Positions 46,148 through 60,099 of a stretch of DNA of 64,000 nt are shown here, piece by piece. The stretch is from Raillietiella orientalis (lineage: Eukaryota). Where the stretch lies: assembly GCA_036172245.1 (NCBI GenBank), contig JAYWIR010000008.1, positions 682,001 through 746,000 of the forward strand. Direction: 5' to 3'. Below the pieces are notes generated by a model. The model was not told where the DNA came from. It did not search any database and saw only the letters and a program-made list of their open reading frames with translations. The position numbers and the translations under genes were made by a program. Positions within the stretch are counted from its first letter, which is position 1; every line of letters starts with the position of its first letter.

Positions 46148-49100
46148 GAGGCCCATGCACGGCTGCGAGGGGACGGTGGGTGCGCACGTCGTGGTTTCGA
46201 TGTCTGCGGCGGCCGGGAATGCGCTGTTTCAAGGAACCAGAGATGCTGATCGGAGGCGCAGGGAGCAGCAGCATCGGATGGCATCCCTCGGAAACCCTTG
46301 CTGCTCTCCAGGACCTCCTCCAGATCCAGAAGGAGGTATCTCGGTCGAAACGGAAGCACTGAAAGATGGTGGCTGCCTGAAGGAGTTGTTACAGGCGAGG
46401 ATGGGCAGATCGCAAAGAGTGGAGAACTCTGCGAGTACTGGTCTCCTCGAAAAATTTCGATAAGGTGCGCTCCTTCCCCCATGCCCTTCCTCCTCTTCCA
46501 AACCTGCCTCGAGAGCTCCGCCACCGTCACACCAGTCTGGTGCTTCTCTTCCTACCACACATTCGTTCCCGGGAAACAGCCCAGCCTCCGAGGTTCATCT
46601 CGTCGCGATCCCTCCAGAGACCGAGAGTTAGAGGAGGATCCTGTTTTAAATTTCCGGGAAACGGTGTTGCCGCACCACTGCGCATCTGGGTGAGATCTTG
46701 CGAACTGCGGGTAGCTTTCCCACATAGAGGGAGAAACACGTTCCATCGCTCCCTCATGGTCCACAGCCACGGCCCTTCCATTTCGATCCGCACTTGTGGC
46801 CCAACGATTCCCAAACCTATTCGCACCCTCTCCCACGATCGTCCATTCTCTACCCCTAAATTCCCCATCCAACGATGCTCTTCTCTATGCTCGGCCTCTG
46901 AAAGGGCTTAGCAAAGATGTTACGCCCTTTCAGGAATCCCATGATGCAGGGGACCCAAAGAAGTGCGAACATCGGAATGTTTCCCAGGGAACGAGGGGCG
47001 TCGGCGTTTCTGAGTCGCGCCCACGATCCCTGGCTTTCCCGAGGAGGGAGAGGAGAATGAGAACAGCCTGTCCCCTCTCTTACCAGTTCATGACTCTCTC
47101 CAAGATCGCCGCGAGCTTGCCCCTCTTCCTCTACAGCCGCGTAGCGCTCTGTGAATGGCCACCAGCCAACCCACAGAGTGACACCCTCCCCAGAATGCTG
47201 GTTGGCACCATGGGAACAGACCACTGGTCCACTGACTCCTGGATGTCTCCCTGCCTCGTGAGACAGCCGCATGGAGGCATCAGGAAGCTGCATCTTCCCG
47301 TTTCTGGAACCACCACCTCTGAACCCTCCTCTTCTCCTGGAGAGAGAGGTCGTGGCCGAGCGCTCTGCTGCAGGAACGCACTCAGAGATGCTATGCAGAC
47401 GTCCATTGTCACTCGGTTCCCCGAGATGTTCTGGGGAGTGGGATGGGAGGCTGGGAAAGAACGCCAACTTGGGCCCAGACACAGTGTTCCCTTTCATCCC
47501 TCCGCGGAGCCAGTGTTCCGGGAGTAGCGTCCGAGACCCTCCCGGGGGCAACGAAAGGTAGACCACCGGGACCGACGCTGGAAGGAATGGGTGAGAACGG
47601 GAGAAATAGGTCCGAGGGATTGAAATTGGGAGAGTGGCTGAACTCACTCTATCCTTTCTCGGAAGCGCCACCTCCCCGTTCCCGTCATTCCTTTCTAGAC
47701 GAAGGGACGTCTTCCAGGTAGTGGCTTAGCTCTGCGTGAAGCCCGTCCGGCTGGCCAGCGGTGGCCACCGGAAGGAGAGGCACGCAGTGCGAAGGATGGG
47801 TGAAATTCGCTTCTCTCCGGCCTTTCCTCAATTCCTTAACGTTTTCCTTCCAACGCCTCTCCTGCTCCTGGGTGCAGGCGATGCCCTCCCGTGCAACCTT
47901 CACCGTCTCGCGCGCTCGCTAGCTATCCGGGAACGACGTGGTCAGCAGTGTCGGCTGACTCACTCCATCGCACCTGCGGAGGCAAGGAGAAACGGGACCC
48001 CGAAGAGAGGAGGCTCTCTGGGTGGCGCTAACCTCGTGAAGCGGCCTCGGAGACCTCCCGGAAGGTCACCTTCGAGGAACAGCGGAGGGAGGGTAGGAGG
48101 ACAGCACTTCTAAACCGTCCCGGTTCGTTCCCGCGTGGGGGCGGAAGTGTCGATGACGGGAATTTTCGCCTCCTCGTATGCCGGGCTGAATGCCGCCAGG
48201 AATGCGTTCGTTCCCGGGATCCCGAGGCAGAAGCCCTCGCAGGACTCCCCGCAGACTTCCGCAGGTGCTCTCCGCGCATGTGGCTTCTCGTGCGCGCTCG
48301 CCGGCGAGGTCCGTAGCTCCCCTTCCTCCCTCCGCGGAGAGGGAGGGAGACATCTCCGGGCGAGAGGTAGAGAGTCGAAGATTCCGCTTTTCCTCCTCCT
48401 CCTCCTCCTCCGGCCACCTGCTAGCCGGAGGGACGGAAGGGGTTTATCGCCGGCGGCGAAAGGTGGCGCGCAGACGAGGTGGCGACGAGCAGTCTCTGCA
48501 AGCGGGCGAGCGGGGCTCCGCGATACCCCTCACCTCAGCAGCCGCGTCTATCCCCCGAGGGAGGAAGGGAGGGGGGGGGGGAGAGACAGAGAAAAGAAAA
48601 GAAAAGAAGAAAAAAAAAAAACACAGAAGAGAAATGGTCCGATGTCCCGCTAGCACTCGCTCTCTCGAGTCGCCCTGGAAACACCCGGAAGGAAAACGCT
48701 CGCGCGCGAAGGAGGAAAAAATGAAAATAAAAATAATAAAAAAGCAAATGAGCAGGATTCAGGAATGAGATCTAAAGAAGGGGGGCGGAGGGGGGGAGAA
48801 AGCAGTGGTTGCGTGCAGGAGCATCAGAGGAGGAAACGGCTGGACGGGGAACTGCTGGGACTCGCAGATGCGGGCCCAGGAAGGCTGCTTTCCGCCCGGT
48901 CCTAAGCTCTCGCTCGGTATAGCTTCCAGGGAGGAGGTGATGGAGGGGCGCATCGTCTGGAGCAGCCAGCCTTCTCGTCTCTCCTTACCCCTCCCCTCCA
49001 CCATCCTCGAGGACAGAGTGCCTGGGATGGAGAAGGCGGGAGTATCACTTTGGGGAAGAACAGACTGCAGAGGGGAGGGTTCTGGAAGGGGGAGCCGGAG

Positions 49101-52100
49101 GAGGTGCGAGGAGGAAGAAAAGGGGCGGGTAAGAAAAACGAGCGTTGCGTGGGGATGGCTACACCTGCTGCCACAGGTTCGTGGCCTCGAGCGTTGAGCA
49201 CTGACCACGTGTCTTTAATGCCCTCGATTTCCTCCCTTCCGTCCACTCGACGGAGGAAGGAAGGGACGGGAGATGCGTTTGACCGCAGCCGCATAGTCGA
49301 GCCAGGAGCCCAGGGAGGACGTAGAGAACTTCCGGCCTCTCCCGAGAGCTCCGTCGAACTCGGTTGCCCCGGCAGCGCGCGGGCCACGCCTAAAGTCAGT
49401 CTCGTAGTGGCCTCGGGAAGGGGAGGGAGACCTCCGAGCCCGCCGATTCTTCCAGGGAGAGGCGCTCTCTCCGGGAAGAAACGAATTGCTCAGGAGCTGC
49501 CGGGGGAAGAAGCGCGGGGGAGTCCCTGATTTCTGGGCAGCGTTTCGGAGACGGTGGCCGGGATTTCTCGAGTCTCCTGACGGAAGTCCCAGGGGATTTC
49601 TGATCGGTTCCGAGATAAATTCACTCGCTGCGTCTCTCCAGTGTCTCCGCGACGGGAACCGGTAGATGCCCCTGGGCAAGGTAGGTGACCCCAGAGTGGA
49701 AAACTGCCACTGCCCCTGACGTCGCCTTCGGGACAACAGAGACACTCCGCTCGCCTCCCTCAGCCGGATTTGTTCCCATCCAGGAGCAGCTGAAAGTCAG
49801 GGGAGCGACTTTTCCTGGAGCTGCGGGACAAAGAGACGCACGCCCACAGATCCTGGGCGACGCCGGCCGGTGCGCCGGTGCAGTGAGTCAAGAGGGAGAA
49901 GGGGGGGGGGAGGGAGAGCCTTTTGGCTCATTTCCCCCCTTCCGAGCACTGCCCTCGGCCCACCTCCGCAGGATCCTTCCTTCCAGAAGGAACGGTTTCC
50001 TAGCAGGGAGGGACTAAAAGCGCCACTGGAGTCTTCCTTGGCGATCTTTTTTTCCCCTCCTCCGTCGCCAGAGAAACCCTCTGCTGCCGCAGCTTTTCTC
50101 TGCGCGCGCAGGCAAAAACCCGCCGCGAACGCGGATTACCTCGACCCCGAATGACCCTTGTGCTTCCCGGGGGTGGGGCGAAGAGCGGCGACCACGCGGG
50201 ACGGGAGCTTTGAAGGATCTGCATACAAAGCTCCTCACGCAACATCTACCCTCCCCCCACTTCTGTCATTTCCGCAAAGAAGCGGGTAGAGAACTCGTCC
50301 TTGCCGTAGAGGCCCCTGGAATCCCAGAGGGGAAAACGAGGAGGGGAGGAGGGAGACATTCCCTTCCGTCCCCATGCTTCTCCCTGACGGATTCTCTTTG
50401 CCTCCACATGATATCCCTTGAGGGAGGTGTACGCAATGTGTACAAACACCGGGCGTGCTCGTATTGCGGTAAATTCCCTGCGGGTGCTGGAAGCAGCGTC
50501 TTCTGAGAGTGCGCACTACTGTGTGCACTACCTCTACTGTGGCACGTGATCCGGGGGTCGCCGAGGATGCTCACGGCTGCGAAGCTTTCCGTCGGGCTCC
50601 TTAGAGGACTCTCGAGATGGGACGATGGACCGCTCCCGAATCCGATCGCCTTCTCTGAAGCGAAGGTGCCGCCCTCCCTCGGCCACCGCCTTGCGGCGGA
50701 AATCCCGGAAGGCTGCTGCTTCCTTCGTAGCCTGTTGTCCCCGGCAGGTCGGGGTCCCTCCGGGAAAGCGCTACAGAGCTCTTCCTACCTGGAACACGGG
50801 CTGCAATCGAGGTGACCCACCGGCGGCCCATCTCCCGTTCAAAAGACCACAGTGCCGATACAGCCCGTCCCACGGGCCCCTTCCCCTCCTTCCTGCCCCA
50901 GCCAAGGACGCTGCATCCTGCGGCGAAGCGGTGTGCACTCCGGTGGTGGCAGCTCCACACAAAACCTGCGCTCGCGGAGATCGGGAAAAAAACGAGAAGG
51001 CTCGAGGATACCTGTGCAGTATGAGACGGGGACTCTTGGGATCGAGGGGGGAGGACTGTGGCGTTCTCTCCCTTCCTATTCTGACGGGGAATATCCCTTC
51101 CTCCCTCCGCGCGGGATCCTCTCGGCGAACCGCAGCTTCGTTCTGGTCCCCACGGCGATCTGAGTTCCGTGGCGCGCCGGGTCCCGTCAGCTCCACTCGC
51201 AGTTCCCGGGATGTCCCTTGGATAACTTCTAGCCCGCCCGCTCGCAGTCGCCTGCAGCCGAGAGAGCCCCTCCGCTGCCCTTCTGCAGCATGTCCTCCCA
51301 TCCCCACCCCGGACAGAGGCGGACCCTGTTCTTCCGCAGGGCAGGGACTCCACCGTCGCCGCCGTTGCTCTGCCGTGGCGCGGCCTCGGACCGTGCGTGC
51401 TGCTTCGCGGAGGCGAAGGCGGCGGCGGCGGCGCATGCCCATTTTAAACACCGCCGGCCTCCACAATGGGTCGGTGATCCCCCTTGAAGGAAGACGTCCT
51501 TGACGCTCCCCGGCCCATTGTGCTCCGCGCGGATCCTTCAGCCTTCTGAAAAAGGAAGCGCTTGCGGCCCGAAGCGGGAACAAAGGGCAGAGGGGCGCGC
51601 GGCATCCCCCCCCCCCTTCCGATTTGCATTTCGCGGATCGGCTGGAGATCACTTCCCCACGGAGGGACAAAAGGGACGCGCGCTCCCAGGAATCTTCTCT
51701 CTCTTTTTTTGTTTCTTCTAGGTCCCCCTTTGTTCCCCTCCCCTCCTTCCCCCCCTCTTTCCTTCCTTCCTTTTTTTTTTTTTTTTTCCTAATCTCCGAA
51801 TCTTCTCTTTATGATGGCTCGTCCCTCCATGCGTCCCGGGGCGAAGCGGGGCCCTCTCGAGCGCATCTTCCGGGAACCAGTCAACACTCCCCTGCCTTCT
51901 CCGCCTCCTCCATCGCCCTGCCTCCGGCCTTTGACGTGCGCGGAGTCGAGGATCTTCCTCGGCTGCACCCCTTGTGGAAGGTGCAGATCTGGCACCGACC
52001 CAAGGAAATTCCCATCTTCAGAGATTCCCGGAAGTTTCGGAAGCAGATAGGATAGAGGAGAAGGGAACCGTTCCACTGCTCCTTTCCCGAAGGAGGAGGG

Positions 52101-55100
52101 GAGCACCGTGAGGAGACTGGGGAAGATGATGACCCCAGGCATCCCTGAGTCCCCTCCCGCAAATCCACCGAGAGATCCAAAAGCCTGGTAGTAGCTCCCT
52201 CCCCACTACCTCGCAAAGTTTCCGCCCTCAGGCGGATTCGAAGGGGTGCTCTGCGGGTCCGCAGCCCCCCCCCCCCATCCTGAAGGTGGGAGAGAAGCGT
52301 TTGCTTCGGGAAAAAGGGAGCAACTTCTCCTCAGAGGACCATCGTCCCTCTCGCTCCCACCTCCATGCAGTCAAGGGACGGGGACGGAGCAGCTCGGGCC
52401 TGGGAAGAAGAATGACATACTCTTCCCTGGATCCTTCCCGGCCCCCTTCCTCAGGGAGCCGTAGTCCCCTCCCCGCCCCGTACCCCGCTTTCTGCTTGTT
52501 CCCTGACTCTTCTTCGAACGACCCTCCCTCCCTTGGGGCGCACGGGCGAGGCCGAGCCTTTTCTTGGGACCAGGGATCACCTTCTTCGGGGAACGTTCCG
52601 AGGAGTTGCGGCCTACGGCACCTGCTAGGAAAGGAAGGGAGAGGGGAGGTGAGGGAATAAGGGTCCCGGGAGGGTGGAGTCCCTTGGAGTGGATCAACGG
52701 AGGCAGAGACGCGGAGCGGAAAGGTGCCGCCGCCCCAGGACCATGGGCAGATTGGTGAGCGCGGTCCAGGGCTGAGGGAGGTGTCGCCTGCCCAGCGCCT
52801 CGGACTCTCCGTCCTTGTCCGCCTTGGGCAGCCTTCAGGCTCAGAGGGAGCGGCATCGGGTCCTTTCTGAGCCGCAGGTACCCTCCGGCCGCCCCATACT
52901 CCCTCTTCTCCGGTTCTCTCGGCCGCCCTCTCGCGACCTCGTGATCGCCTTGCCAACCAACTCTACCGCTGGAAAGAGGACGAGAGGCTGCCTCCGCCTC
53001 AGTCTGCCGCCGCCGTTCCGGAAGTCCTCCCCGACGACCGTTCCTCAGAGCCTGTTGCCGAGCAACGCCGCCTGTCCGCGATGCGTGTGTGCTTTCATGG
53101 TGGAGTGCGCGCCGTGACAGGAATGCGATTCCGCTACATCTCGCTGGACCCTTCCTCGCCTCCCCTTCTCCTCCTCTCCCCTCCCCCCCTTGAGCGCACG
53201 CGCGTGCCTCCGGACAGGGCGGCAATGCTTCCGGTTCTCGAGCACCCTGCGCTGCGGAGCATCTCTCCCTCTTCCCTTGCCATCCCTTGCCTCGGCCGAT
53301 CCCCTCTTTCCGGGGGGAGACAAACAGAAAGGAATGCCGGCGCGCGTGGAATTCGCGACCGGCGGCGGCCCCGGACCGAGAGGAGCAGCATCTCCCTGGA
53401 GATGCGGAGATGGAACGCGCATCTCCAGAGAGACCCGCGGAAGGAAAGCCTTTGGAGGACGACGGCGATCCCCATCCTCGCCTCCGCACTCACCCCTGCT
53501 CTCCCTATCCGAGGGGGAACTGCGAACCCACTGCGGATGGACCACATCCCTTCCAGACCGCGCACGCCGCGTCACTTCAGCCTTCCGGCATTGCGCTCGA
53601 ACCGGAGAAGCTGGAGGGCAGGGGGAGGGGAAATGGAACCAACCAGGGTCCCTGCAGCGCCCCCTTCCTTCATCCCGATTACGAGTGGACGGAGGTGCTG
53701 GGTCCGCCTGTCCACCCGTTTTTTCAGTGCGTTCTCGTGTGGGAGAAGGAGGGGTGTTTCGGGGAGGGGAAAGCGAGAAGGTCCCCCATTTTCCTGACGA
53801 GCACTCGGGAATGTGTGGCCTTCCCGTCCTCCTCCTTTGTTCCCGCTCTCCCGCCTCCCCCCTTCCCCCGCTGCGGGAGGCGGAACGCGGGCAAGCGTTC
53901 GCCTGATCCGGGAACGGGGCCACCCGTCCACCACAGGGGTTCCCGATGAAGCGAGGGATAGAAACACAGGGAGGAGGGAGCGCGCTAACTGCTCCTCTAC
54001 AGGAGGATGGCTCGGAAGCGAAGGGCGCCCTCCGGCGGAGTCCAGCGAATGCGCCGACGGCGTCCCAGAGCGATGTACCTGGCAGAAGAGGAGGAGGAGG
54101 AGGGAGAAGCTCAGGGAGGAGCAGGGAGGGGAGGGGGAGGGTTGCTTCCCGCGGAATGGAAGATCTCCTCTTGCAGCCCCTCCTCGGATTGCACTTCTGG
54201 CCTCGCTCCCTGGTTGCGGGGCGGCGGCGCAGACTTGCCACCGCCTTCCTACAGAGTGGGGTTCGCTGTCCGGACGGGAAGGCTGCAGCAAACTCCATTC
54301 TGTTCTCCCCTTTCCCTTTCTGGGGTGGAAAGAACCATCCTTTGAGGAAGGGAGATGCATCGCGCCTCCCTTCCCGCGCCTTCCTCCGTCGCGGCATCCC
54401 CAGTCCCGCCACCCACCGCCACCGAGTGTGGGCAGATCTCTGACCTACCCACCCAGGTGCTCAAGCAGATCTCTTCCGCAGCCGGGGTAAGCACTCGTTG
54501 GGCTTGAAGTCCCGAGGAAGGAGAAGGAGGGGGGGGGGGGACAAACGCTGCGGGCTGCTCGACCAAGGGTGGCGCGGCCCAGACGCAGAGGCGCGCGCGC
54601 GCGCTACCGGCGGCCTGTCGCCTAACCAAACAACGGGAGGAGGAGCGCAGTCTCCTCCCTCCCTGGAGATTTATGAATGATGTCCACCCGGATCGCATCA
54701 TCTCGGTCCACGCGCGATTTATGGCCCCTCGTTGGCTGCCACCCGACGTGGAAGATTCATCTGTTGCTGGTCCGGAGTGTTCCTGCAGCAGGAAGGATGG
54801 AGGAGGCGGCGGCGGGCGCCTCCTCCACTCGCGGTGAAAGCGCGGTGCGCGTGCGCGCGCGGAGGGGGAAGAGGAAGATGCAGGAGGGGGAAGGGGGAGC
54901 AAAAGGGGTGGTGGTGGGAGGGCGTAAGCCCCGCGGCCTTGGATGGCCGGGAGCGCGCTGTCGTTGTAAAGCCATAAAAAGAACAAAAAAGGAAGACGAC
55001 CGGGTGAGCAGGTGGCGCTCCTCTTGTTGGAAGCGCCTGGAGTTGCCGCGCCCGGTAGGTCGTCGGAGGCAGCCAGCGACCACCGCGACGACGGAGGAGG

Positions 55101-58100
55101 GGAGCGGAAAGCGAAAAGGAGAGTGAGGGGGCACGTCGCCCGGAGACCCTCTGCCCCCTCTTCGGGCAGGAGGAGAAGGCGGAAGCGGAAGGAGCGGTGG
55201 CCGTTTCCATGGAAATCAGACGCGAGCTCTGCTCCCTCCGCCCTTCCTCCGAGTCCCCCGGACGCCACCGGGGAGCCCACGGTCAGCGCCGCACCCGGGA
55301 GGCCTTGGCGGGTCGGCCTGCCGGACGGCATCCCCACCTGCCTCCTCCGGGACGGGGACAGCCCGCTGCTCCCGAGGTCGCCGCGCGGTCTCTCCCGGTT
55401 CGTTTGCGCCGGCACGGCAGCGGCCTCGGGGGAGACCCCGTGATCGTTCGCCCGCGCGCCCGGCGAACAAAACGCCCCGTTGTTTGGACGCCACTTCCTA
55501 AATCACAACAGAATGGGGAAGGAACAATGGGCGCTCGTCCCGAACGGACCCCTCCACAATAGGGCTTCCTGTTTCTGAGCGGGCTGACAAAGGAGGTCGC
55601 GATCCCCCCATTATGACGGTAACTGTCGGGATGGATTAGGGCTGACCCGGCAGTTCCATTGAGGCCCGTCGGCGATCCATCAGCGAAAAGAAAAGCCCCG
55701 TCGTCGTGGAGCGTGGGGGAGGGCGGAGGAGGAGGCCCTGGAAGGGGGGGAGGGGAGAAGAAGAAGGAGGCAGACAGCGGCCCGGCGCGGAGGCACATAG
55801 GCTCGGAAGAGGGAAGGGGTGAGGTCGGCGGGCACTTCTTCCTTCCCCTCCCCTTCCCTCTTCTCCATGGCCGTCGCTCTCTCTCTTGCGCGCGCGTGCG
55901 CGTGCCGCCACCACCGCCAACGACGACGAGAGGTGGTGGCGCTGGCGCTCGCGTCCCCCTCTCCAGTCCTCTGCGATGCGCGCTCACTCGTCTTTGCTCT
56001 TCCGCCCCCTTCCCCCGCCTCTCTCTCTCGCATCCGCGCGCGCACCCGCTCGGTCTCCGGGCGGAAAAGGACGCCCCAGGGCCCATCCGCCCCAGCCAGC
56101 GTGGCATCTCGCGCCCGAAGAATGCCAGCTATGCGGACCCGGCGCAGCATCCCATTGGTCCTCGGCTAGCAACCGCCATCTCCGCGGGAAGCGCGCTCTC
56201 GCATTCTTGCGCGCCCCCGGCCGCCGCCGGAGATGCGCGTGCGCATCGCGAGAGGGAATCCCTAAGGGCCCCGGGAGGAAAAGGGGGTGGGCCTCCGACT
56301 TTTCACCTTCCCCTTACCGAAGAAGAGTGCGTCCAGACCACCCCCTCCGTCGCGGAAGGGATAGTGCCGGGAGGCCTTACGAGTCAATGTCCGTATGAAG
56401 CCCTCCCCCTACCCCGGATAGGGTGGTTTGGAGATCGTCCTCGCAAGAGAGCTTCCTGAGGAGCGCGGCTCTGCCCTCTCTCGTGCCAGTAGGTCCTCCT
56501 CCACCTTGGTCCAGCCAGGATCCGGCCTGCCGGGGAGTCTTCTCGCTCCACTTCCGGCCCCGTTCCCCCCCCCTCGGGGAAGGGGTGGACGGGATGAAGG
56601 AGGGTCGCAGGAAATGAAGACGGCTGCCGCGACCGTGGAGGGCGTCGGCGCTCCCCCCCCTGCTTGGCCCTCCCCTCCTTGTCCCCCGGAAGCCGCGAGC
56701 GGGCGAGGAAGACAAACGATCGCCCACATTCCCGCCTCGCTCGGGGCCGGAGGAATTTTCCCCTCCGGCCCCGTCGTCGGGCAGGGGGCCTCCGCGGGTA
56801 GCCGCCGGAAAGGTGCGAGGGAGGCGGGCCCTCCTGGCGGGGGGCCGCTTTGCGAGAGCGGCCTGACAGGCACGGAATGGGCAGAAGGGACGGTCTCCCG
56901 GGGGCAGGGAGGAGGGGGGGCGATCTCGCTCCCCCGCCTCTCGGATCTGCCTCAGCCTTTGCCTCCTCCCGTGGGAGCGGCTGCGAAGAGAGGGAGAAGG
57001 GACGTTGTCGTCCCGACTTCCGGTTCCTCTCAGTCGGCTCCGATCCGCCCCCACCCCAAGCCGCATCACCCTGAGCGGGGTGGGAGGGAGGGATGCCTCC
57101 TGAGGAAGTCCTGACGCGCCGCCACTGTGCGCCCGCGTGGGCGGCAGCTCTCAGAGGGGTTGTGCAGGATAAGGCGGAGGCGACTCGATCGTTCCTCCCC
57201 CCCTCCCCTTTATCTCCCGCATCTCCGATCCCCCTTCCAGATGCCCACGCACTTCGCAGAAGGCAGGACCAAAGTCCATAGGACCAGGAAGGCGCAGTCC
57301 TTGTTCGAGCGCTCGCCCTGAGGCTCTGGAGAGGCAGGTCGTCTCCGTGGTTGCGGCGCGCCAAACTTCGTCGTCGCTGCTGTCTGCTCCAGAGGCAGTC
57401 CGTGCCTTGTCTTCCCCCAATATCCTTCCCTCGTGGTGGGGACACGGGCCCACGTTCCTCTCGGAGCACTGAAGAACCTTCACCCTACCAACTCCCACCG
57501 GACACCCTCAGGGCCCTTCCCGCGGAAACCTTCCCCCTCCTACTGCCGCGCGAAGAGTCATCCGCAGCCTCCAGGTTCCCCAAGTGAACCGAAATCAAGG
57601 CCCTTCCTCTAGGACAGTTGCCCGTGAGAGCAAACGCGGGTCCTCTTCCCTTCGAGATGCCCGGAGGGTCTCTGCGCAGCTGATGAAGTCCACCTTTCTG
57701 GAAAAGAGGAGAAGGGGGGATTTAGGGGTCTCCGGAGACTCGGGGATTCCTCGTGGCCGGCCCATTTTTTTCTTTCCACCGTCCCCATGCCTCCTCCTCC
57801 TCCCTGCTTGCGGGTCTCCCCGGAAGGGATAGGTGGAACGCCGAAGCGGAAGGCAGCAGGGCCTGCAGGGAAGTGGACGGGAGATGGAGGCGGGGCTTCC
57901 AGGCAGCGGCGCCTTCGCTCCAGGCGGATCCTTGAGGCATACGGGACCTCCGAAGGCGCATCTATTCCGGTATAGGGTTGCGGAGGCCGCAGTACGCCCC
58001 GTCCCCCTTCCTCCTTTGCGACCGCGAAAGGGAGAAGAGGATGTCCTGGTTCGGAGGCGGACACGGCCGATAGGGAGGGTTCCTCCCGCTCCCCATGAAG

Positions 58101-58582
58101 AACACCCGCTGTCTCGCTGCTCCCGGAACATTTTCCCACGACGCCCGGGATGCGGGTGGCTTCCGAATTCGCCCGCCCTTTGTTTTTGTTTTTTTGTTTT
58201 TTCTCTATCCCGCGGGATCTCCCCAGCCCCGATCATCCCGGGAGATCGGGGGTTGGCTGTCGCAGGTGAACGAGAGGGAAGGGACGTCCCTTTCTCCTCG
58301 AGAAGATCCAGGAGAGCGGGGCTGCCGCAGGTGCACTAGACCCACCGTTCCTTCCGCCCCATAGGCCACTCGCGCCGCTCCTCCCAGGACGGAGTCCCAG
58401 GAGCCTCCGATCGGCAGAAGGGGATGGAAGTGACCCCGGAAGCGCTCCCAGGGCGCACCCCAGGTCGTGCGATCCCACCCTCCGAGGAAGACGGGAGGGC
58501 TCTTCTGACCCGAGAAAGGAGTCGCCTTAGCTCTTCGGGAGGAAAGGAGATGAGTCGCGCCCAAGAGTCACCTCGGCAACCT

Positions 58583-60099
58583 TTGAAGGCAGATCCACCG
58601 GAAGAACACGCGCGACCCCTGCCCTTTTGCCCTCTATTGATGCCGCCCCTTCGCAGCAGCGCTGGGAGGCCTTGGTCGTTCTGCAGCTGAACCAGGGCAG
58701 AGACAGGCGGCGACCTACGAAAAGTCCGCCGTGAGTCCTCCCGACGGGAGGTGGGACGCCCATCCCGAAAAGAGCGAAAACGCGCCACGTCCCACCCCGG
58801 GAACGCGTACTGAACTCTGCACCACGAGGGGGCTCTGCGACCCGTGGACGGGTGTCGGCCTCCTCCTTTTCTTTCCCTCCCTCCTTCGGGAGCCCCCGCC
58901 GACTCGTGGGGGAGAAGAGCAAAAAAACCGGGACCATCCCACGTCCCGCTGCAGGTGCCGCCGCCATTCTCCTCCTCTCCCCTTTGTGGAGACGGAAGTC
59001 CGGGGAGATGCGCGAGGGGCGACACAGAACGTGAAGCAGGGAGGAAGGGGAAGAAATCAATCGCCCCCCCCTTGTCCCCCGCTTTCTTCCCGAGAGCGGA
59101 CAGGTCCTCCGCGCGTCTCCTCTCCTCCCTTCCGCCGCCTCGGGATTTGCGTCGCTCGCGGTCCCGGCAGAGGGGAGCGCGGCCGCCCTCATAAATTTCC
59201 CCCATTCGTCACGCCCTCCTCCCCCTCCTCCCCCCTTCCGCGTCCGCCGCCTTTCCCGGTCTACGCACGCTGCCGCCCTCGCTCCCACTCCCGCTCTCTC
59301 TCCATCATTCACGCCGTTGGTACCCGCCCTATCATCAGCCCCCGCGCCGCGCGCCAAAATCGTCACCCCTTCTCCCCCTGGGAATTTCTGCCCGAGGCCT
59401 TACGATGCTTCGGCAAGGGCGAAGGGGCTCCGGCCTACTCCCGGGATACCCGTCGGGGTCTATGGGTCGGCTCTGGGGTGACTCGCCCAGAGGACGCCCT
59501 ACGGAGGTTCCAGGTAAGACGGGTTTCCCCCCCCTTTCCTCCTCCCAAGCGCCTCCTCTGCTGCCTCCGGGGACGGCGGAAACTTTTCCATGTCACACGG
59601 ACGTCCCTGACCCTCTTCCCGCCGTGACCCCAGTGGTGGGGAGGAAGAGCGAGGGGCCACGAGGCGAAGAGGCGCTCCGGGCCACTCTCGGAGGTCTACG
59701 CTTGGGGGAAGGCTCCAGCATCTGCCCGATCCCCTCATTGGGGCAACAGCAGGCCATTCTCGTTGCACCCTTCCTCTGGGAGGCGGCGGCTCCCGAAGGA
59801 GAGAGGGAAAGAAAAGGAGGAGGCCGACACCCGTCCACGGGTCGCAGAGCCCCCTCGTGGTGCAGAGTTCAGTACGCGTTCCCGGGGTGGGACGTGGCGC
59901 GTTTTCGCTCTTTTCGGGATGGGCGTCCCACCTCCCGTCGGGAGGACTCACGGCGGACTTTTCGTAGGTCGCCGCCTGTCTCTGCCCTGGTTCAGCTGCA
60001 GAAGGACCAGGGCCTCCCAGCGCTGCTGCGAAGGGGCGGCATCAATAGAGGGCAAAAGGGCAGGGGTCGCGCGTGTTCTTCCGGTGGACCGGCCTTCAA
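58583..60099. repeat. Long inverted repeat: 318-bp arms (58583-58900 and 59782-60099), about 98% identical, 881-bp spacer
   Basis: The arms are reverse complements with about 6 mismatches and no indels by eye. The ORF track shows the same peptide on opposite strands (58336..59205- and 59405..60196+). Confidence 0.96.
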
